NCBI RefSeq assembly: GCF_001194135.2
Contig: NC_068984.1
Span: 126,654,274-126,718,273, forward strand
DNA from: Octopus bimaculoides
Lineage: Eukaryota
DNA length: 64,000 bases
Direction of reading: 5' to 3'
Shown: positions 53,582 through 64,000 of the stretch, in pieces
How positions within the stretch are numbered: position 1 is the stretch's first letter
Layout of the letters: every line of letters starts with the position of its first letter
Notes under the pieces: generated by a model
What the model was told of the DNA's origin: nothing
The model's input: only the letters and a program-made list of their open reading frames with translations
Database searches by the model: none
Program-made: the position numbers and the translations under genes

Positions 53582-53954
53582 CAGTGCTCAGGTACACAAC
53601 TTATTGGAAAAGGGGTAAAAGAGGGGACAGAAAGCAGCAATAAGTCAAGTAAAGAAAGACAGCATTTAAAGCCAAAAGTACGTACGTAAGTACAGAAGAT
53701 AAAAGTCCAAAACCATGTTTCAGTATTATTAGACCTCCTCAGCAAAACATTGGCTTCACTGCACTTGTCTCCCATTCTGAACAAAATGATTATCCCATTT
53801 TTCAGATTAGGTACTTATGTACGTACTTTTGGCTTTAACTGTACTTTTGTATGTACTTTTGGCTTTAACTGCGGTCTTTATTTACTTGACTTATTGCTGA
53901 TTTCTGTCCCCCACTTTTACCTTTTTTTCCAATAAGTTATGTACCTGAGCACTG
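53582..53954. mobile_element. Complete 373-bp Tc1/mariner-type MITE with ~115-bp TIRs
   Basis: TA at 53580-53581 and 53955-53956; ends cagtgctcaggtac / gtacctgagcactg; arms match over about 115 bp. Confidence 0.9.
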
Positions 53955-54039
53955 TATAGAAACTGTAAAAGGTAACTAAATGGATTGGCATCAGGAAGGC
54001 TGGCTATCCACAAAATTAAAAAAAAAAAACTGGCACTCC

Positions 54040-54480
54040 ATCAGTTACAACTATGTAGGTTCCAGTTGATGTGATCAATGTAGCAGCCTGCTCATAAAGT
54101 TAACAGGCAAGTGGCTGAGCACTCCACAGATATGCGTACTCTTAACATGGTTTTCAGGGAGATTCAGCATGCTATGGAATGTGACCAGGCTGGCCTTTTG
54201 AAATACAGACACTACTCATTTTTGCCAGCTGGGTGACCTGGAGTCAATATGAAATAAAGTGTCTCTCCACACCACTGATGTTATCCAAAGGAAAAGCAAA
54301 GGCCGATACAGCTTGGCACCAGTGACATCACAACTCATTCTCTACAGCTGAGTGAACTGGAACAACATGAAATAAAGTGTCTTGCTCAAGAACACAACAC
54401 ACAGGCCCAGTCCAGGAATCAAACTCACTACCTCATGATTGCAAGCTTGATGCTCTAACCACTAAGCTTTGTGCCTTCAC
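54040..54480 (-). mobile_element. SINE family C-type copy with extra internal segment
   Basis: aataaagtgtcttgctcaagaacac, ctctaaccact head, and a 3' part shared with 7340-7500; the motif tgaaataaagtgtct occurs twice. Confidence 0.75.
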
Positions 54481-55479
54481 ATAGGGTAATCTATCTACTA
54501 TCCATCATTGTCCATTGATAATCTACTTATATCACACCAGTGTCCAGTGCTACTCCCCCTACACCACACCTGTGATCTATAGTTTTGCACCTACACAATG
54601 CCACACTATACTAGTGCCACCTGGTGTTTCTCCTACACTATATACTACACCGCATTGGTACCAATGGCTCTCTGCTACACCACACCTAACCGATGGCCAG
54701 TGATATTTTTCATAACATTAGACACACATAAGCCACCATAGTTTAATCACATTTTCACTAAATCTAATTCAATATGAAATAATTAATTCAATAATTAACA
54801 TTCACCTACCCACCCTATTTCTCACCAGATGCACTGTGATGCAGAAAGTGGTGCATCTAATGCTGCATTGTCTGTATAGTCTGCCTGCTACTGTTGTTGC
54901 TGCAGTTGTTGTTGTTGTTGTTATTGTTGCTGTTTGTATTATTGTTACTTTGTTGTTATTACAGCTGTTATTACATTTGTTATTGTCATTGTCATCATAG
55001 CTGTTGTTGATTTAATTAGTATTGTTGTAGTTGTTCATCTTATTGTCATTATTGTTGGTGGTGTTGTGTAGTCCTTGTAAAATCTCTCTAATGAATATAA
55101 CTGTTTACATATTTTGAGCTTGCTTTGCTTTGAGCCCCTTAACTTTTGGTGGAATTGTAGAGGATTCCATGGTGATGTACAGCATATCTTAGGCATTTAA
55201 AACCTGGTGTAGCCCCTATCTTTCCATTTCTGATTAAAACCCTTTTTTAAAAATATTTTTCTTGAGCCCTAGGATTCCTGAAGCTGGCTATCCAATTTCC
55301 ATGGTATATAACATCACAACATTCCCATGAACTGGATGCTGATCCATTGCAAGATTCAAGGCTAGTAATTTTGAGGGGAGGGGATGATTTGATTACCCCA
55401 ACTCCAGTACTTGACTAGTACCTTATTTTATCAACATGAAGGGATGAAAGGGAAAGGTGACCTCAGTAGGAGTTAACCA

Positions 55480-55757
55480 CTGCAGTTGGTCTGATTCCCA
55501 CTGTGTTATGTTAATGATCAATACATTTAACTATTTGCAGTCTAGTCTACTAAAATATAAGTTGGTACCACAGTATTATGGTATAATTCACTATACTATG
55601 TCAATGGTTAATACATTTAACTGCTTGTAGTCCAGTCCACAAAACTGTAAGTAGGTACCATAGTATGCTGTGGTTCACTATAACCATGTCAATGACGAAT
55701 ACATTTAACTGCTTGTAGTCCAGTCTACCAAGCTGTAAGTAGGTACCAGTGTGTGTG

Positions 55758-55804
<47 letters not shown>

Positions 55805-55992
55805 NNNNNNNNNNNNNNNNNNNNNNNNNNNNNNNNNNNNNNNNNNNNNNNNNNNNNNNNNNNNNNNNNNNNNNNNNNNNNNNNNNNNNNNNNNNTGAAA
55901 CTCAAGGGTCCCAACGAATTTGAATCAAACTATTTTGATCCATATATGTAACTCCCAATAAATTGGGTGAGTGCCCTTCTTTCGTTTGTCCA

Positions 55993-56037
<45 letters not shown>

Positions 56038-56720
56038 TTCACTATACTGTGTCATTAACACAGCATAAAACTGCCTGTAGTCTAGTTCCCTAAGCTGTAT
56101 GTAGTTACCATGGTTATGGTAGCATTGACTATAGTATATCAATGACCATTACATTTAAGTGCTTGTAGTTCAGTCCTTCTACCTGTAAATTAGAGCCACT
56201 GTATGTTAAAGGTCACTGTCCTGCAACCAATTGTGATTAGGGTGTTTGGTTCACAATCCTAATGTCATGGTTTCAATTCCTGGACCAAGCAGTGCATTGT
56301 GTCCTTGAGCAAAGTATTTCAATTTGCATTGTTTCAACTTAGTTGAAAATCGGTACCAGGTGAGTGCTGGTGCAGCACTCTTTCCCTCCATCTCTCACAT
56401 CCTGGATCAAAGGCGGAGAGGATCAAGAGAGTGTCCATGTCTGCTGGTAACCACATTAGCATCCAAAACAGTTAGTGAAACAGGGTACATGTTACTAAGC
56501 AATTCTCGTCAGTGGGTGACAGCTAGATCTATTTCACTATGGCTAACATACTTAAGTATTTGTAGTCCAGAACACTTAGCTGTATGTACCTTACTGTGTC
56601 AATGACCTAGGCACTTAAATGTCAAAAGTTTGGACAACCTAACAGTAAGATATCTGTAGCCTAGTCCACTTGGTTGTAAGTAGGCACCACAATGTGGTAT
56701 AGTTCACTGTTATAGATATT
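55480..56720. repeat. Degenerate ~88-90-bp tandem repeat, interrupted
   Basis: The anchor atacatttaact occurs at 55521, 55611 and 55699; more diverged units at about 56030-56210 and 56530-56710. Confidence 0.8.
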
Positions 56721-59700
56721 TCATCAATATGAGCAACAATAATGGATTCCCCTGCAGTAAAAATTAGCTGTGATAAACCATTATCCACTCCAGTTATCTC
56801 CACATAGTATCTTGATCTGCTAAAAACAACAGTCACATCTTCAAATTACACCATACTGTCATAGAAAATAGACGGACTCTAGATAAATGTAATCCGAAAT
56901 GCACTTATTACCATCATGTTCATCATCATTTAACGGCTATGTTCTATGCTGACTTGGGTTGAATGGTTTGACAGGATCCGATGAGTCCAAGAACTGCATT
57001 GTGTTCCAGTTTTTATGGTATGTACTGGGTGCTTCTTTCATACCGTCAGCACTATTGAGGTTGCCATGCTTACTTCCAAATGCCGAGGGAGCGAGGGTCA
57101 GCTTTATGCTAGGGTTGGCTTTATGTGCATTTTCTGAATAAAAGATGGAGGTAGCCACAACTGGAATACCTTTGATAATAGATCGCCTGGATCAGAGCTA
57201 ACCTGGAGCTAAAAGATAAAAACTGCTACTAATAGTACTTGTGTCAATCTATCAAAGATATTATGCTATGAACCAGCATGATGTTTTTGGGAATATTCCT
57301 TAGTCTATCATGTAGAGAATGGCTACATTCATCATTTTTTTTTTATTCTTACACCCTGGAAGCAATTCTCTGAAAGAAGGGAATGATAAAAAGAAAAAGA
57401 AGGAAATAAAATACAAATGCATTTTGTAAGAAGAAAGGGAAGGATATGTTCAGTTCTTGCAAAGGCATCGTTAAACAACAGAACATTCTCGGAAACAGTA
57501 GAAATAATTTTGGTCACATTGCACACGCAGCCATTACCAGTATTGTAAGTAAATATTAAACAGAATAGCTGAATACATGCAACAGGGTACTCACCACCAC
57601 CACCACCACCACTACTACCATTACCACTATCACTGCACATTCATCTGTTTCAAATAAAAGAGGCTATATTTTCTTGATTTCTACCTTGAATAACAAAACA
57701 GAAGTTCATTGTAGCGAAAATCAATGACATACAGAATAATTTTGGATATGCTAATGATTTTTCTGGTTGTTAAAATGGCAGAAAACTTTTGAGTGAATGA
57801 GTCGAATAAAGAAATGAGCCATGTACAAATTGAGGAGTTGTGTGTGTCTCTTACATCATGGATAATATTAACAAACATCAACTATTGATTAAGAACACAA
57901 GAAATATGTTATTTCTTTCTCTCTTTCTTTATTTCTTTCTTCTCTTTTCTGAAAGCTATTTTATTGAGATAGGCTTTTTAATCAAACCATTTCTCTTACC
58001 AAAGTTTTATTATGTACAATGTTCTTGATAAAACTCAATTGCTGAGTGATGACAAAAATTCCCATTCCTTCTTTTCTTCTACAATCTTTTTGTATTTCTT
58101 CTTTGTTCTTTTTCTTTTCTTTTTTTTTCTTCCAATGCATTTCTTTCAGTATATAAGAATGGTGTATGCAAGCATTCACTACATGATACTCTGAAGAATA
58201 TTTCGACAGCGACAAAGAAACACACAATCCTGTTGTGCCACAGAAACAATTTCCTTGCCAATTTTAACTTGAACCATTTTACTCAAAAATCTTCCTCTTT
58301 CACCCATAATATTTCATTCTAATTATTTCCATTCCACTGAATCATTTTCTGTTTCTGTTTCTTTTTTCCCTTCATTTCCATTTTCCAACATTATTCTTCT
58401 GCTTCACTCATTTTCTTTTCTTATCATCATTGTTTTCTTTCTTTCATGTCTTTCTTTCTCCCTTTCTTTCTTTCGTTTTCTTGTTTTATTTGTTTCTGTT
58501 TTCACTTTCTGTCTTTCTTCTTTGATATCTTTATTTACCCACACCTCCTCTTCTCACATTCAATTGTTGTTGCTGCTGTTGTTGTCCGTCATGTCATTAT
58601 ATTCAATATATATGTTTTATCAGTGTTTCTGCCTATCACAGTCACCTCAGCCCCACACTCACAGCCTGTTCTTCTTCACTCTCTCTCTGTCTTTAGCTTC
58701 CTCTCCCCACTCTTATAACTAACTATATTATATCTATCTTATATCTACATTATGTCCATGTTATATCTATTTTATGTCCACATTATATTCTTATTATTTT
58801 ACTGGTTACAGTCAATCGACTGTGGCCATACTGGGGCACCACCTTCTTCAAGGGTTTTAGTAGTCAATTATATATTTTTTTTCCAGTACTTTGTCTGGTA
58901 CTTATTTTTTTATTTTTTTTATCAATGTTGGAAGAGGACAAAAGTTAAAATCAATCAGACATAAAAAGACATAACTAATATGATCCGAATTACATCCAGC
59001 AGTTGGAAACTGAAAGAAGCCTTTTGTATCTGTGTGTGTGTGTGTGTTTTGTAATTAGTAAGGTTAAGGCTATTGTTGCAACTGTTCAGTGTCTATTGCA
59101 GTTTTGCTTCAGGGTGAGCTGGTATATGAGTAAATCTTACAGGTTAAGGGCTATGAGGGTGATAGACTAAGTACCAAGGTTGATTTGTTTGACTAAACCC
59201 CAGTACTAATTCTATCGGTCTCTTTTATCAAACCACTAGGTTATAAGGACATAAACGAACCAACACCAGTTGTCAAGTGACGGTGGGGAAAACACACACA
59301 CACACATATGACTGGCTTCTTTCAGGTTCCCTCTCCCGTATCTACTCATAAGGCTTTGGTTGGCCTGAGACTATAGTAAAAGACACTTTCCAAGGTTCTG
59401 CACAGTGAGATTGAACCCAAGATCACATAGTTGGTAGACAAGTTTCTTAACCACACATCCATGCATTGTCCACCATTCTCAAGGCTCAGCTACATAACAA
59501 CTCCAACATTACATAAACCAGTAAGAAACCTGCCTCCAAAACTTCAGATTTGAAATAGAACCTTCCAAATCTACTGTATTCTTTCTTATCAGCAACACCA
59601 GAGAACATTAAAATCCAACCAACCAGAACATTCAACAGCATAAACAGAAGACAAGAATTCTTGTAGTTCTATACAACATTTCGATAACATTGACATTGCA

Positions 59701-59930
59701 CATTCTAAGATGCTGCAGAGAAATTGAAACAATATGCAAATATACTTTGAACACTCACAAGTATTGCAGTATGGCTGTGTGGTAAAGAGGTTTGCTTTCC
59801 AATCACATGGTTTCAAGTTCAATCCTGTTGCATGGTGCCTTGGGCAAGTGTTTTTCTAAGGTAGCTGTGGGCCAGCCAAAGCCCTGTGAGTGGGTTTGGT
59901 AGATGGGAACCAAAAGAAACATGTTATATA

Positions 59931-59989
<59 letters not shown>

Positions 59990-61000
59990 ACATGCATGTG
60001 TGTATGTTTGTTACTGTCTCCTTACTATGACATTACATGATAGTTGTAAGTGAATGTGAAAACGTGTCTGACAATGGTGAAACAGGCAGTGTTGATGACA
60101 GAAAGGACATTCAGCTGTAGAAGCCCATTGTGTGTGTGTGTGTGTTTGTCTGTCTGTCCCACACCACTACTTGACAATTGGTGCTGTTGTGTGTATGTCC
60201 TCATAACTTAACAGTTTGACAAAAAGAGAACAATAGAATAAATACCAGACTTGAAAAAAATATAAATAAATACTGGGGATGGTTCTTTCTATTAAGAATT
60301 ATCTAAGGCAGTGCTGCAACATGGCCACAGTCTAATGAGTAAAACAAAACAAATAATAAAGAATGAGAAAAAAATGAAAATGAACTAGAAATGCAAGGAA
60401 CACAACTTGCTGTCACAGAAAATGCCAGCATGCATTTTCTGCTACTGTATGGAAGAAAAAAATCGCCTCCAAACACCTGACTCATATAAAGCATAGAACT
60501 CTATGATGTCAGCATCTGAAAATCATTAGTTTCCTATCCAACACAAACATCATCATCATCAGTGTTATCATCATTTAACGTCCGTTTTTCCATGAGTTGG
60601 ATGGTTTGACAGGCGTTGACTAGCTGGAGAGCTGCCTGGGCTCCATTTGTCTGTTTTGGTATGATTTCTATGGTCAGATGCCCTTCTTAATGCCAACCAC
60701 TTTACAGAGTGTGCAACATCAATAGATCAACTTACCTCAAACACTATCCTGAGACATGCACAATTTTTTTTCTTTTATTTGTTTCAGTTATTTGACTGCG
60801 GTCATGCTGGAGCACCGTCTTTAGTCAAACAAACTGACCCCAGGACTTATTCTTTGTAAGCCTAGTACTTATTCTGTCGGTCTCTTTTGCCGAACCTCTA
60901 GCCTACGGAGACATAATAAACACACCAGCATCGGTTGTCAAGCGATGTTGGGAGACAAACACAGACATACAAACACAGACATACAAACACAGACATACAA

Positions 61001-61060
<60 letters not shown>

Positions 61061-61061
61061 A

Positions 61062-61220
61062 TATGAGGGGGCACTGAAAATTTCCTGGCTTTGGATAAAA
61101 GAAAATACAGGAGGATTAGTTAATTATGATTTTATTTAATTTTATTCAACATATTCCCCTCTCGGATTCACATACTTATGGCAGTGATCCTTTAGTTTTC
61201 TAAGCCCTGTAAAAGGCCTT
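61062..61220. mobile_element. mariner-type terminal fragment
   Basis: tatgagggggcactgaaaatttcctggcttt resembles mariner TIRs of the tacgaggg...gaaaagttcc type; it abuts the (TA)n of a SINE A copy. Confidence 0.55.
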
Positions 61221-61473
61221 TTGTGATACCCTTTATATATATATGTATATAGATATTAGTTTTTATGTTCACTTATAATAAAAACAGTTTTACATCAATC
61301 TAAAGGGTTACTCTACAATTTTATAAGATTACAAATTTATTATTCTTAAACAAGAATATTATTGACAGCGACTTTGAAGTTTCAGCCAGATAAACCATCG
61401 TCAGACTGACTGACAATGACTTAGCTGGCCAAAACTTCGAAGTCACTGACAATAATATTCTTGTTGAAGAATA

Positions 61474-61506
<33 letters not shown>

Positions 61507-62571
61507 CAGGGCATATGGTGTTTGTTGTATTGCATGTGCTTCCACACCCAATGCCACCAAATTTCAAGAAGGGTTATAACAAAAGTTTTCCATTAAGATT
61601 TCTGATTAGATTAATGAGCAAGGTTAATATTTATAATGAATTTGCCATTTTCAATGGGTGTACAGTGCACATGCCTCTGATATATATATATATTCAGTAT
61701 GTCACCATCTTTTGGAATATGGCAATTCTATTATGTGGGAAGCATTCTATTTTAGCCAGTTGTTATTTGGAAATTCCTCAGTGAATATCAATGGAAGTGT
61801 CTGTAAAAAGCTACCAATTCCAATCTTTTGTTCGAAATTACAAAAGGCTGTAATAGGATGTTATACTTCTTTGCAAGACAAAGATCATACCTTTCAGAAA
61901 CATTAATGTAGGAGGATACATGTTCTGTGAGGGACCAATCAATTTTATAATTGTTATATTACCATCTTTTATATTGCAGATATATTTGGACAGTGTGGCA
62001 GTAATACATCTTTCTGAGTGTCTAAATGTGCATGTGTCTGGATGTGTGTGTGTGTATAAATATATTTATATATGTATGCATATGCTGCAAGGCTAATTTT
62101 TTAAAGGGTTTTGCCATCAAGCATTTAACACTAAAACTGCATTAATAGCCAGCTACTTTGATTTGATGTTTTTTGTGTATATGATACTGAAGACATAAAA
62201 ATACCATTTGTTTTTACATCTGAATAGATAGCTATATCACATGTTCTATATATGACAGTGGTATAGGTAAATGTCTGATGTATTTTTAATGTTTTTTCTT
62301 GTGCTTTTTGGCAACTAATCAAATTTTGATAACTACTCACATTTCAAAGTGTTTACAAATGTTTTTGTTTATAAATTGCCCTACAACTTCTCTTCTTCAG
62401 TCATTCAAAGTAATCAGCAACATAAAACCCAGAATAATTTTCAGAACCTTCGACTTCTAATAAACTACACACTTTTTACTTTATGTATAGAACACATTCT
62501 ATCTCTCACATCACTCTGTCTGTCTGTCTGTTTGTCTCTCTCTCTCTATCTCTCTCCCTCTCTCTCTCCCT

Positions 62572-62606
<35 letters not shown>

Positions 62607-63048
62607 NNNNNNNNNNNNNNNNNNNNNNNNNNNNNNNNNNNNNNNNNNNNNNNNNNNNNNNNNNNNNNNNNNNNNNNNNNNNNNNNNNNNNNNNNNNNNN
62701 NNNNNNNNNNNNNNNNNNNNNNNNNNNNNNNNNNNNNNNNNNNNNNNNNNNNNNNNNNNNNNNNNNNNNNNNNNNNNNNNNNNNNNNNNNNNNNNNNNNN
62801 NNNNNNNNNNNNNNNNNNNNNNNNNNNNNNNNNNNNNNNNNNNNNNNNNNNNNNNNNNNNNNNNNNNNNNNNNNNNNNNNNNNNNNNNNNNNNNNNNNNN
62901 NNNNNNNNNNNNNNNNNNNNNNNNNNNNNNNNNNNNNNNNNNNNNNNNNNNNNNNNNNNNNNNNNNNNNNNNNNNNNNNNNNNNNNNNNNNNNNNNNNNN
63001 NNNNNNNNNNNNNNNNNNNNNNNNNNNNNNNNNNNNNNNNNNNNNNNN

Positions 63049-63104
<56 letters not shown>

Positions 63105-63357
63105 TGTTACTCCACTCTGGTTTTCTTACATTACTCTTTTCTCATTCACCCTTTCACTTTCTTCCTCTTCCATCACTCTCTCTCTTTCATTGCTGTCTGC
63201 TGGGGACAAAACAACATAAAGCAGAGATGACTCATTAGTCTTGCCAGGGATAAGTCAACTTTACTAGTGCTGGTGCCATAATAAAATGCTCTTGGTATGT
63301 TCTATGATGTGACTGGTGATAGGAAGTGCATTTAAGCATAGAAATCATGTGAAAAAT

Positions 63358-63625
63358 CATCATCATCATCATCATTGTTTAACGTCTGCTTTCCTTGCTA
63401 GCATGGGTTGGACAATTTGATTGAGGACTGGCGAACCAGAAGGCTGCACCAGGCTCCAATCTGATCTGGCAGAGTTTCTACAACTGGATGCCCTTCCTAA
63501 CGCCAACCACCCCGAGAGTGTAGTGGATGCATTTTATGTGCCACCGGCACGAGGGCCAGTCAGGTGGTTCTGGCAACAGCCACGTTCAAGTGGTGTTTTT
63601 TACGTGCCACCTGCAAGTGAGATGG
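63358..63625 (-). mobile_element. RTE 3' tail copy
   Basis: (CAT)n followed by gtttaacgtctgctttcc...gatgcccttcctaacgccaaccac; matches 32109-32340. Confidence 0.9.
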
Positions 63626-63729
63626 AGTCCTTGACCCATCTATGTAGAGGATAGTAAGAACTAACTCAGACCAGGATGACCAGCAACACGAAAAAGCAAA
63701 TGTAAAATTGATGCTGATAAAGATGATAA

Positions 63730-63760
<31 letters not shown>

Positions 63761-64000
63761 GGTGGTATGGATCAGTGGTGCTGATGTTGGTTATGATGGT
63801 GATGATGGTGGTGGTTATAAGGATAATGATAATGTTGTTGGCAGTGATGATGGCAATTATGGTGGTGGCGATGGATGTCAGGATGACAGTTGGTGGTGGT
63901 GGTGGTGGTGGTTATGGTGGTGGTGGTGGTGGTGGTGGTGGTGGTGATGGTGATTGTAAGGATAATGATGATGGTGGTAGTGATGAGGATGAGGGTGGCA

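Noticed and set aside
61700-61900. Protein-like peptides on both strands (e.g. AFCNFEQKIGIGSFLQTLPLIFTEEFPNNNWLK*)
   Set aside because: They are bounded by stops, with no coherent splice structure or recognisable family.

Overview
This is AT-rich, gap-ridden eukaryotic draft sequence with no recognisable intact protein-coding gene, RNA gene or CRISPR array. The SINE families, RTE 3' tails ending in (ATC)n and very dense microsatellites point to a cephalopod, probably Octopus (inferred from recalled repeat families, not database-checked). Recognisable content is transposon debris: RTE LINE fragments (RT with YADD, C-termini, 3'UTRs), two distinct R4/Dong-type LINE fragments, a Penelope-like relic, mariner and maT-like transposase fragments, MITEs with TA or TTAA target duplications, at least four tRNA-derived SINE families, and 17-141 bp tandem repeats. 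Almost all listed long ORFs are artefacts of N-gaps or microsatellites. I found no evidence for a novel biological system. The best leads are a CpG-rich patch with an inverted pair of YY1-like motifs (~21.6 kb), four same-strand CCAAT boxes in two 41-bp-spaced pairs (~43.8-44.1 kb), a ~930-bp foldback element, a SINE/RTE-tail junction, and several unconfirmed short exon candidates. Repeat boundaries are approximate unless a TSD or TIR is quoted.
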